From Octopus sinensis (Eukaryota), in assembly GCF_006345805.1 (NCBI RefSeq), contig NW_021831825.1, positions 308 through 64,307 on the forward strand: a stretch of DNA of 64,000 nt. The letters run 5' to 3'. This document shows positions 26,822-38,639 of this stretch, piece after piece. A model generated the notes under the pieces. That model was not told where the DNA came from and ran no database searches. It saw only the letters and a program-made list of their open reading frames with translations. Within the stretch, counting starts at the first letter, position 1. Each line of letters starts with the position of its first letter. The position numbers and the translations under genes are program-made.

Positions 26822-27653
26822 TATCTATGTGTATGTTTATATATACATATATAAGTGTATTCGTATGTATTACATTTATGTATGCATGTATATTCATATA
26901 TAGATTGATAAAGACATAGATACAGACACACATACGTATATGTACACACACACATATATATGTGTACATACAATATATACAATATACGTAAATGTATATG
27001 TGTACACACACCCACATATATGACATATATGTATATGTATTTCTTTATGTATGCGCGTGTATATATATATATATATATACGCATGTATTTACATGCATAC
27101 GTACACAATTTCTTACAGGCGATGCCTCTCCCATACTAATTATACTCCGGACAAATTACGATAATTTCCCGAAGGTGTTAATTAAAAAGCATTTCTTGAA
27201 CATAAACACCACCATCGTCCTCACCACTGCTACAACCACTGTCATACCACTACAGGCATCAGCATCACGGCCATGACCAGATCCCAGCGCCCTTAAATGG
27301 TTACTTAAATGGCTATTAGAAAGAGCAGCCAGATATTTTTCAAGTGACTTCCGACACTTTGAGAAAGAACGTATCAATGTAGAAAAGGGAGGATGGTCAG
27401 TTTGGGATGGTCACTTCTGTATCTAAAACCGTGCAAAGAGTTTGGAGAGGGAACTAAGTAGCTGCAGCGCGGTTTTGTGGTTGAGAAGTTGGCCCCCCCC
27501 CAAACTTGTGGTTCGACTGCGCGCACACATGGATGGGCAAGTGTCTTCTACTATAAGGTGGGGCCGGCCAACGCTTTGTGATTGGATTTCATGAACGGAA
27601 CCCGAAAGATGCCCATTGCGTATATATATACACACACACACATATATATATAT

Positions 27654-28050
27654 GGCTGTGTGGTAAGTAGCTTGTTTACCAACCACATGGTTCCGGGTTC
27701 AGTCCCACTTCGTGGCACCTTGGGCAAGTGTCTTCTACTATAGCCACGGGCCGACCTAAGCCTTGTGAGTGGATTTGGTAGACGGAAACTGAAAGAAGCC
27801 CGTCGTATATATGTATATATATATATATATGCGTGTGTGTGTTTGTGTGTCTGTGTTTGTCCCCCAAGCATTGCTTGACAACCGATGCTGGTGTGTTTAT
27901 GTCCCCGTTACTTAGCGGTTCGGCAAAAGAGACCGATAGAATAAGTACTGGGCTTACAAAAGAATAAGTCCCGGGGTCGAGTTGCTCGATTAAAGGTGGT
28001 GCTCCAGCATGGCCGCAGTCAAATGACTGAAACAAGTAAAAGAGTAAAAT
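27654..28050 (+). mobile_element. Family-C SINE, preceded by a decayed head at ~27470-27640
   Basis: Match to other copies. Confidence 0.9.
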
Positions 28051-28231
28051 ATATATATATATACACTATATAATTAGGGTTCAGCTACGTTTGCTTCACC
28101 ACATACCGAAGTTTAGAAATAGCAGTCAAAAAATCTTAGCTATTCCTTCTACTTTAAAGGGAGTTCCCAGAAAAACCAAAGCACTTGAAAACAAACCACG
28201 CAGGCAAAAGGGAAAAAATGACGAAAATCAT

Positions 28232-28270
<39 letters not shown>

Positions 28271-28302
28271 AATACAATATGTGATAATTATTCGGTAGCC
28301 AT

Positions 28303-28363
28303 GATAAAACTACGCGTTTCTGATGTCGGGGCGGAAACCCACGCCGGCATCTCTTCAGTTATC
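28303..28363 (-). ncRNA. Hammerhead-like motif at the tip of a long hairpin
   Basis: CTGAAGA-GATG..CATC-A-GAAAC-GC-GTA; ACGCGT stem III; stem I register irregular; enclosed by 31-bp inverted repeat 28268-28298/28381-28411. Confidence 0.45.
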
Positions 28364-28480
28364 GGGCCATCGAATAATATCTACCGAATAATTGTCACAT
28401 ATTATATTTACAGATATAAATATCTCTTTACATAATATCGAGGTATCTTTCATTCTTTTGTTGTATTACAATTTCTATCA

Positions 28481-28588
<108 letters not shown>

Positions 28589-28889
28589 CATTATATATAT
28601 ATATACATACATACATACATATACATACATATACATACATACATATCATACATAATATATTATACATACATATACATACATACATACATATACATACATA
28701 CATACATACATAAATATATATATACATACATACATATATATATATACATACATACATACATAGATATATATACATACATGCATACATATATATATATACA
28801 TACATACATACATATATATGCATACATACATACATATACATACATACATACATACATATATATATACATACATATATATATATATACAT

Positions 28890-28922
<33 letters not shown>

Positions 28923-29544
28923 CATAAAACCCATATGTATATATTATATATATATATATATTATATATATGTATGTTTTTGTTTGCATGTGAGTTTGTGT
29001 TTGGACGTACCCTTATCTTGGTATCACATGTTGTTTGTAAACGAACATCATTGTCATACAAGCGATGTCACTTGTTTCCCGTCTTTCAAGAGAAACATGT
29101 CTGACCATGAGGAAATATTAACCTTTCTTGGAAACCGGTGAGGGCTGGCAACAGTAAGTGCATCCCACCGTAGAATATTTGCAGCAACAAATGATGGTGA
29201 TGTGACTGTTGATTCTTGCAAATCTAGCTAAATGCTCCAGAATTCGACTAATTGTACATCTTCCCAAAACATCCAGAGGCTGATAGAATTCTTGGCACCC
29301 ACCCCCGTCCAGTAACGTCTTCATCTTTCACACCAACTCACCAAAGCCCTTTAGTCTACATAAAATAATTGTAGGGACTTTATTTTGACTACTTGTTCAA
29401 AGAAGGTAGGGCAGCATCTGTGATCCCGACCCTCTTTTTGTCAGGGTCTTCCGGACTGGTGGAACGAAGGGAGGAATTTAACCCTTAAACTACAACAGGG
29501 TGAATCACATTAAAGGCACTCTATGTGTTTGCCTGTGTGTGTGT

Positions 29545-29594
<50 letters not shown>

Positions 29595-30220
29595 CATGTG
29601 TGTGCGTGTGTCTGTGTGTGTGTGTGCGTATGCGTGTGTGCGTGCGCGCACTCTTGTGCGTGTTCGAGAGAGTGCGTTAATACTTTTTTCATTTGATATT
29701 CCTGTAAATTCATAACAAAATGCTGGGCCATGAATTACACCTCGCTTCTACAGATCTTTGTAGTACGCAGCAATATACCTAGAACTAGCAATTTCTCGCA
29801 GGGAGTATCAATGTTGTTACTCGATTCAAATACAACCCATACCTCATCAAAATTTACTTATAATCGCGTAAGCAGACGCCTCGCAAAACAAATAAATAAA
29901 TAAATAAATAAAGTCCTCTAACCGTTCTTCAAAGCAGAACTACACAACTTTTGGAGCCGAGAAACCTGGCTCCGAAACAATAGACTTAAATTTGCAGCAA
30001 CCAGATCTAGTATCCTTCCTCCCCAGCATTATCTGAGAATATTAAATAGATCAAGTCACCATACCCAACAGCAGCAGAATACCACACACACACTCAGAAG
30101 ACAGAAATAATAGGAATTATATACAACATGTCCATAACTGGCAAAATACACGGATTACACCAAACCTATTAAAGCAAAAGTAATAATAAAGAATAAATGA
30201 TAAACTAAAACCAAATATAT

Positions 30221-31735
30221 TTCTTTACTACCCACAAGGGGCTAAACACAGAGGGGACAAACAAGGACAGACAAACGGATTAAGTCGATCATATCGACCC
30301 CAGTGCGTAACTGGTACTTAATTTATCGATCCCGAAAGGATGAAAGGCAAAGTCGACCTCGGCGGAATTTGAACTCACAACGTAGCGGCAGACGAAATAC
30401 CTATTTCTTTGCTACCCACAAGGGGCTAAACACAGAGGGGACAAACAAGAACAGACACACGGATTGAGTCGATTACATCGACCCTAGTGCGTAACTGGTA
30501 TTTAATTTATCGACCCCGAAAGGATGAAAGGCAAAGTCGACATCGGCGGAATTTGAACTCAGAACGTAGCGGCAGACGAAATACCTATTTCTTTACTACC
30601 ACAAGGGGCTAAACACAGAGGGGGCAAAACAAGGACAGACAAACGGATTATGTCGATTACATCGACCCCAGTGCGTAACTGGTACTTAATTTATCGACCC
30701 CGAAAGGATGAAAGGCAAAGTCGACATCGGCGGAAATTGAACTCAGAACGTAGCGGCAGACGAAATACCTATTTCTTTACTACCTACAAGGGGCTAAACA
30801 CAGAGGGGACAAACAAGGACAGACAAACGGATTAAGTCGATTACATCGACCCCAGTGCGTAACTGGTACTTAATTTATCGACCCCGAAAGGATGAAAGGC
30901 AAAGTCGACATCGGCGGAATTTGAACTCAGAACGTAACGGCAGACGAAATACCTATTTCTTTACTACCCACAAGGGGCTAAACACAGAGGGGACAAACAA
31001 GGACAGACAAACGGATTATGTCGATTACATCGACCCCAGTGCGTAACTGGTACTTAATTTATCGACCCCGAAAGGATGAAAGGCAAAGTCGACATCGGCG
31101 GAAATTGAACTCAGAACGTAGCGGCAGACGAAATACCTATTTCTTTACTACCCACAAGGGGCTAAACACAGAGGGGACAAACAAGGACAGACAAACGGAT
31201 TATGTCGATTACATCGACCCCAGTGCGTAACTGGTACTTAATTTATCGACCCCGAAAGGATGAAAGGCAAAGTCGACATCGGCGGAAATTGAACTCAGAA
31301 CGTAGCGGCAGACGAAATACCTATTTCTTTACTACCCACAAGGGGCTAAACACAGAGGGGACAAACAAGGACAGACAAACGGATTAAGTCGATTACATCG
31401 ACACCAGTGCGTAACTGGTACTTAATTTATCGACCCCGAAAGGATGAAAGGCAAAGTCGACATCGGCGGAATTTGAACTCAGAACGTAACGGCAGACGAA
31501 ATACCTATTTCTTTACTACCCACAAGGGGCTAAACACAGAGGGGACAAACAAGGACAGACAAACGGATTATGTCGATTACATCGACCCCAGTGCGTAACT
31601 GGTACTTAATTTATCGACACCGAAAGGATGAAAAGCAAAGTCGACATCGGCGGAATTTGAACTCAGAAGGTAACGGCAGACAAAATACGGCTACGCATTT
31701 CGCCCGGCGTGCTAACGTTTCTGCCAGCCCGCCTG
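30221..31735 (-). repeat. Tandem array of 8 x 184-bp family-M SINE units, with a single tRNA head at the right end
   Basis: Units start at 30221, 30405, 30589, 30773, 30957, 31141, 31325 and 31509; head at ~31693-31735. Confidence 0.97.
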
Positions 31736-32369
31736 AGCATTCGCAACACTCAGAGCTAAAGAAATTAAAACGATTCGCAAAAACCCCGAAAATACTCAGA
31801 TGTACTCAGAGGTATTCAGGGGTCAATTAAATATGATATAAATATTACATCTCAGTCAATTCGAGATATTCAAACTCAATTGGATATCTTTGTTCTAAAA
31901 TACAGTCTCAAGGATTCTAAGATAATAGATATGTTTTCCTATGTTTTCGTTTTTTACTGTTGTTGTTGTTGTTGTTGTTGTTGTCGTGTGTGTGTGCGTG
32001 TGTGTGTGTGTGTGTGTGCGCGCGCGCGCATGACAATGTTTATACATTGGCACTGAAACAGATAAACAGAAGTTTTTCATTCTTAGAACTACCATTGACT
32101 AATATTTCTACATTCTAGTAATAACAAATAGGACGACACGAAATGTTGATTTGGAAGGAAACAAACCAAATAGTTGAAATGAAAACATTGCAATACTGGA
32201 ATTATTTGCAGCATCCAGGCATCAATTACCGTCTTCTTGAAGCATGAAAATACTGGAATCATTTCTGCATATTGCACTTCCCTAAATTACACAATCATGT
32301 AAAATACGCTACATTATATCACGAAACATTAGGCTACGCTAAATTACGCTACTCTGAAAACGTCAATGG

Positions 32370-32785
32370 CACCATCGCGTCCCCAACAAAGAGCTGCATA
32401 CGCACATGCATCAGCCCTGCAGCCTCTGACCTCATAGCTATCCGCCGCTGGCGCTCCTACGGACATGCCCTCCACCTCTCGCCAGATAATCTTACTAGGG
32501 CCTTACTCTCAATGCTGCGGCTGCGGACTGGAAGAGGCTCCGTGGCAGTCCTAGCAACAGACAGCTAGACGTGCTTAAGAATGATCCTCCAGAGACTCGA
32601 CGTTATTTTGGAGTATGGCACGGGACCGCCAGAGGGGCTGGCACGGGATCACCAGTGATGAGGAACACTGGTGGATCTGGTCGATTCTACGCACGATGAC
32701 ACTTCTGGGATCTCCAAGCTGAGATGATCCCATCCCCATCAAGCAAGACCATGAAGCAAGCAAGAAAGAAACAAGCAAGTTCACT
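32370..32785 (+). mobile_element. RTE-clade LINE 3' fragment with (CAAG)n tail
   Basis: RVPNKEL, RRWRSYGHALHL, MARDR..W; tandem tail. Confidence 0.65.
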
Positions 32786-32853
32786 GTATTACATTACATT
32801 ATGTTAAATTAAACTTCACTACCTCTTATTTCACACAATATTAAATTACATCT

Positions 32854-33251
32854 TAAAGCGGTGAGCTGGCAGAAACGTTAGCACGCCGGGCGAAATGCTT
32901 AGCGGTATTTCGTCTGTTTTTACGTTCTGAGTTCAAATTCCGCCGAGGTCGACTTTGCCTGTCATCTTTTCGGGGTCGATTAAATAAGTACCAGTTGTGC
33001 ACTGGGGTCGATGTAATCGACTTAATCCCTTTGTCTATCCTTGTTTGTTCTCTCTCTGTTTAGCTCCTTGTGGGTAGTAAAGAAATATGTATTTCGTCTG
33101 TTTTTACTTTCTGAGTTCAAATTCCGCCGAGGTCGACTTTGCCATTCATCCTTTTGGGGTCGATAAGTTAAGTACCAGTTGCGCACTGGGGTCGATCTAA
33201 TCGACTGAACCCTTCCCCAAAATTTCAGGCCTTGAGCCTAGAGTAGAAAAG
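32854..33251 (+). mobile_element. Family-M SINE dimer: one head, two bodies, two different tails
   Basis: 17-bp TSD AATATTAAATTAC(A/G)TCT at 32837-32853/33252-33268. Confidence 0.85.
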
Positions 33252-33611
33252 AATATTAAATTACGTCTCACTACATAGTATTAATTCACTCTATACAATG
33301 CTATATCATTCTACAGTAGACTACTCTACACTATATTACATTACACAATACTATATTGTAACTTACTAAACAACTGTAGAGTCGAGCGTCCTAGTGGTTA
33401 GGGGTGTTGGCCGCCATATCGTGATTTCGATTCCTGGTTCAGGCAGTGTGTTGTATTGTGTTGTGTTCTTGAGCAAAACATTTCATTTTCACGTTGCTCT
33501 GCGATCACTTCAACATTTGACGTGTGGCACACTGTACACTTGGAAAGGCAATGTCGAGTTGAGGGAACAAGGGAGCTTATGGTAGAGCTCAAACTTTTGA
33601 TCTCTGTAAAC

Positions 33612-33856
33612 AAAACCACTATTAGGCAATTCAAACAGTGAAAAACATAAACAAAAGCATAAAAATAAATATAATTAATATAATATCAAAATATATTCTT
33701 TTCTAGAGTGTACTGGAATATCCTTCAAAGATGAATTCCAAAATAGCGGTTCTATCTTACCTGTAAGTTCCATAACGAAATTGAGATATTACACTCAATC
33801 CTAAATCTAAGTTTTCCCTGTAAGTTTGGATTTACTCCCCAATATTATTATTATTA

Positions 33857-33912
<56 letters not shown>

Positions 33913-34126
33913 GTTATATTGATAAATTACGTTTATTGAGTGTAATATCTCAATTTCGTATATTATGGAACTTACAGGTAAGATAGAACCGCTATTTTGG
34001 AATTCATCTTTGAACGATATTCCAGTATCATCTAGAAAAGAATTTATTTTGATATTATATTAATTATATTTATTTTTATGTTTTTGTTTATGTTTTTCAC
34101 TGTTTGATTTGCTTAATAGTGGTTTT
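33612..34126. repeat. ~190-bp inverted repeat around an (ATT)n spacer
   Basis: 33612-33799 is the near-perfect reverse complement of 33935-34126. Confidence 0.92.
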
Positions 34127-34251
34127 ATCTCTAATTTAATATATATATATATGTATGTATGTATGTATGTATATGTATATATAAGAATTTTTTTGCGTAA
34201 TAAGATAAAAAACCAAGGTTGTATAGGTACTAGAGCATTTATAGATAGAAG

Positions 34252-34303
34252 GTCTTACAGCTGTTTCTAGGATATTTATTAATTATATCCCTTCATCGGA
34301 GAC
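34252..34303 (-). ncRNA. Type-I hammerhead-like motif with U4C core variant
   Basis: GTCT-CCGATGA-A-GGGATAT..ATATCCT-A-GAAAC-AGCT-GTA-AGAC; ACAGCTGT stem III. Confidence 0.55.
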
Positions 34304-34409
34304 GATGTGAGAGGAAAAATTAAGTCATAGTTAGTTTAGATATGATACAAAATAGAGAGTGAAGTGGAGGAAAGAAAATAGATGCAAGATATGTATGGGT
34401 ATTCAAGTT

Positions 34410-34989
34410 GTAAATCCGAACATATACTATCATCAAACATTGATTGTCCACAACAGTTGACTCATCCACTTGTATAGAAAAATCAGAACGCTGGAGGATA
34501 TTAATGAGCTCATTTTTGACATCGTTGGCCATTTCATCGATGCGGCGAGAAATTGTCTTATTACTAAGTGGGATCTTCTTCATAATGTTCTCGGGGTTTT
34601 CGTGCGTAACGGTTGAGAAAACCTCTTCGATAACTGGGCAAAGTAATGTTTCTCCAGTCGTGTGAGATTCCCTAGACTTAGCAACAAGCAATGCAATCAA
34701 CCCGTCATTCTCCTGTTTACTAGTTTTCATGGAGTAGCGTGTTGAATGTTTGTATTTGATTTCTGAAAGAGGAGCTCAGTTGCAAAAGGTATGATAACGG
34801 CTTGTCCTTTCTGTCAGAATGCTTTGCATCTAAGTGATACTTCAAGCGTGAAGGTTTCATTGCTTCGTTGGTCAAATTTTGATGGCAAAGGAGGCATATT
34901 GGTAACTGACAGTTGTGAGGAGAGGGACTAAATCCAAACGATAAATAATCACTACTGTGCTGTCGACAAATTTTCTTGACTAGAGGCAT
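34410..34989 (-). mobile_element. hAT (Buster/Charlie-like) transposase 5' fragment
   Basis: BED finger P.CLLC..LTNEAMKPSRLKYHL..KH, IPLSNKTISRRIDEMA, FSIQVDES. Confidence 0.9.
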
Positions 34990-36107
34990 CAGTAAAGTGA
35001 AAATATGAAAACGGATTTCTACAGATGGCATCAGAAAGGCAGTATGGTATTCCCAAAGAAAAGAAGAAGTCAATAGAGCAGAGTCAGATGACACGTCTTT
35101 ACTGGAGCAAATACGGGTCTAGTTCGTTTGGCTTCCAGTATTTCAAAAATTAGAGTTTATCGAAAAGTTTAAAATTTGGCACATTAATATACCTTTCTAA
35201 GTTAAATTGCTGGAGTTATTCAACTTCTTCCAAAAAAAGTGTTTTAAAAAAGTTATAAAGTTTTAAAGTTTGATCATTTTCACCCAGTCAAGAAACATGA
35301 TTCCAAAGCTGTCATTTTGTGTGTGACTGCACATTTTGTCAATATCCTGAAAATTGCACTTGTGCTTTGATATGAACCTACAGAATTACGTACGACATAT
35401 AACCGCTCGTAATTTTTTATTTTTCGGAGTTTTCAGAAAATTTTTTGCGAATCTGAATTCTATACGCGGAACTTCATACGATTATACAAAAAAAATGAAA
35501 ATTGTGGTGGAGGCCTATTTGGCTGCTATTTTTAGCACACAAGACAACCATCTCAAAGACTGCGACAAAAACAAGTCCGCTTTTTTAATACAAAGAGACG
35601 TCTCATGCGGGTAGTCAAATCGATAAAAGTGCATCCTTATTCTAGGCATGCCTAGATATCAGTAAATGCAGACTTAATTTCTAAAATATTCATTGTCACC
35701 CACAAAATGTTCATATCGCCCACCATTTTCTAGAAATTCACCCATCGCCCACCTGTGAGTTGAAATTGACCACCGATGGGCGATATCGGCAACTTTGGGA
35801 AGCTATGCCCTAAAATATAGAGCAGTGTATACTAAAAATGGGGGATGCCGGTTTATGTGATTACCTTAGTTTTGCTGTCCTTAAAAGGTTTAGCTGTATG
35901 TAGTATCTTCAGATACCAAAACCTGTTGGCCCAAGACTTCTTAAGAAAATGGAGGAGGAAATGCCCCACTACTCAAGGGTAACAGTCGGGGATTATCTCC
36001 CTTTGCTCTCAGATATAGACTACCGGCTGTGTCGCCATCTTGTGGGCTTCAAAACGCTAGCAGGAACCTCCTGCTGTGTCCCCACTATTAACTATGCCTC
36101 CAATATT

Positions 36108-36323
36108 AGGCGCAGGAGTGGCTGTGTGGAGGCGCAGGAGTGGCTGTGTAAGTTGCTTGCTAACCAACCACATGGTCCCGGGTTCAGTCCCACTGCGTGG
36201 CATCTTGGGTTATGTTATAGCCTTCTGTTATAGCCTCGGGCCGACCAAAGCCTTGTGAGTGGATTTGGTAGACGGAAACTGAAAGAAGCCTGTCGTATAT
36301 ATATATATAATATATAATATATG

Positions 36324-36362
<39 letters not shown>

Positions 36363-36575
36363 TTGCGCGTCTGTGTTTGACCCCTAGCATTGCTTGACAA
36401 CCGATGCTGGTGTGTTTACGTCCCCGTCACTTAGCGGTTCGGCAAAAAAAGAGGCCGATAGAATAAGTACTGGGCTTACAAAGAATAAGTCCCGGGGTCG
36501 ATTTGCTCGACTAAAGGCGGTGCTCCAGCATGGCCGCAGTCAAATGACTGAAACAAGTAAAAGAGTAAAAGAGAG
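36108..36575 (+). mobile_element. Family-C SINE with duplicated 22-bp head
   Basis: AGGCGCAGGAGTGGCTGTGTGG occurs twice at the 5' end. Confidence 0.9.
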
Positions 36576-36744
36576 TATTAAGATCATCCTAGTTAGCGCC
36601 CCTAGGACACGGGAAGAGGCAGAATGTTCATGCAGGGACCGCAACAGATGCCCGGTGGGAATCCACTGCGAAACCAAATGGGTCGTCTATGAAGCCAAAG
36701 TACTAGCAAAGCCTGGGAATACTACCGTTAGAAGCAGCAGTAGC

Positions 36745-37022
36745 CGTACAGGGGTGGTGGTGACCCCTGTTGTACTCTTTCGCACCGGCTTTCTCTCACT
36801 CTTTCTTCCTGTTTCCTGTCCCCGACTTCCTACGCAACCACTGAGCCTGGATGCGCATTCATCCATCCGTCGATGCTCTCGGTGTCGGGTGGTTGACCTG
36901 CTTTCTCTTCTGCGGGTCTTACAAATAGCAAAGGACCGCGTTTCGGACTTCTCCCACTACAGACAATCCTGAGGCGCGATCTTGCGAGCCCTGGGACGAA
37001 GACCGCTTCGCTCAACAGCAAC
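36745..37022 (+). mobile_element. Family-T SINE variant with alternative 3' tail, 5' truncated
   Basis: Near-identical to 37450-37716. Confidence 0.8.
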
Positions 37023-37319
37023 AGCAGCAGCCGTAGATACGAGAATAGAACCAGCAACATCGTCGCCATCGCCACAGTTAACAACAGCAACAACAATAAC
37101 AATAACAGCATCAGTGAGAGTATTGGCAGTTCCCCCGACGCCATCGACAGCAACAACAGTAAGTGCAACATCGCCATAGGCAGCAGCATTGCCAACGTCT
37201 TCCCTAACGTCCACAGTAGCAGACCTGACAAATCCCGTTTAGCAGCAGCAATAGGTCCGGTGCCACCGCCAGCAATATCAGCAATGATAACAATAATGGC
37301 AACAGCAGCAGCAGCAGCA

Positions 37320-37716
37320 GTGGAAGCGCAATGGCCCAGTGGTTAGGGCAGCGGACTAGCAGTCGGAGGATCGTGGTTTCGATTCCCAGACCGCACGTTG
37401 TGTGTGTTTATTGAGCGAAAACACCTAAAGTTCCACGAGGCTCCGGCAGGGGGTGGTGGCGACCCCTGTTGTACTCTTTCGCTCCAACTTTCTCTCACTC
37501 TTTCTTCCTGTTTCCTGTCCCCGACTTCCTACGCAACCACTGAGCCTGGATGCGCAACCATCCGTCCGTCGATGCTCTCGGTGTCGGGGGTTGACCTGCT
37601 TTCTCTTCTGCGGGTCTTACGAATAGCAAAGGACCATGTTTCAGACTTCTCCCACTACAGACAATCCTGAGGCGCGATCTTGCGAGCTCTGGGACGAAGA
37701 CCGCTTCGCTCAACAA
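37320..37716 (+). mobile_element. Family-T SINE variant, full length, alternative 3' tail ending GAAGACCGCTTCGCTCAAC
   Basis: 5' ~195 bp matches family T, then diverges. Confidence 0.85.
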
Positions 37717-38639
37717 ACAAATAAAGCAGCAGCAGCAACGATAGTGGCTCTACCAAAAGCATCAGCGAAACCACAGCTAATGACACCTCTAGCAGCAATG
37801 GCAACTCTCCTAATAACGACGAGGACCACAATAACAACAACAACAACACCTTCACCATATCCGGTAGTAGTGATACCATTACCGACGCCACCACCACCAC
37901 CACCATCATCACATCCAGCGACGCCAACAGCAGCAGTCCCAGCTCCAATAACAACGATGTCAGCGGAAGCAAAATCAACATCAGCAGATACAGATGCGGC
38001 GCCGACAACACAAGCCCATTGGCTTTCCGGAAACTCTTTGAAGCAACGTCTCTCCATCTCAGGTCCTCCTTCAGAGTTCCGTGATATCACTGGCCAGCCA
38101 CATCTGGCAACTAAGAGACGATGAGATTCCATACTCGATCTCATAGAAAATCCTCGAGAATCCAGGCCCCCTACATCAACGAGACAAAGCGTTGCAAGTT
38201 ATGCATAGCTGAACAGGCGAAAATCCTAAAGGACCCACTCGAACTAGGGGAATGCTTAACTCCAGAACGGAGATTTTCGGGCCATATTTACATTTCAGGA
38301 GGATCCTGCTGGCTTCTTGGAGTCCACAAGATGGCGACACAGTTGGAAGTCTATACCCGACAGCAAAGAGAGATAATCCCCAATAGTTAGCTTTGAGTAG
38401 CGAGGCATTTCATCCTCCATATTTTTAAGAAGTCTTGGGCCAACAGGTTTTACTCAATGGATGTTCTATCGACCTTACCGTTGCTGGTATCGTGAGAAAA
38501 GATCGGGGTGATTCACAAAGACTCGGAATAATGTTTTTCAGTTTATGGTTGTCTATTTTTGTTATAGGCTTCCTGTCGATTAACTGATTAGAAGATCCTT
38601 CACCATTTAGCACTGAACAATGCTATAAAATGACACACA

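Larger units (their letters stand above)
36577..38240 (+). mobile_element. Penelope-like element GIY-YIG endonuclease relic, split by a ~1.3-kb insertion
   Basis: 36577-36720 CSCRDRNRCPVG.HC...VVYEAKV; 37995-38240 IG..GNSLKQR..H.SSFR, LASHIWQLRD..IPYSI..KIL, PY.NETKRCKLCIAEQ (frameshifted). Confidence 0.75.

Noticed and set aside
30221-31735. CRISPR-like array
   Set aside because: Units are contiguous 184-bp SINE copies with no unique spacers and no cas genes; eukaryotic context
36394-36972. 192-aa ORF
   Set aside because: Chance read-through of SINE tail, Penelope fragment and second SINE
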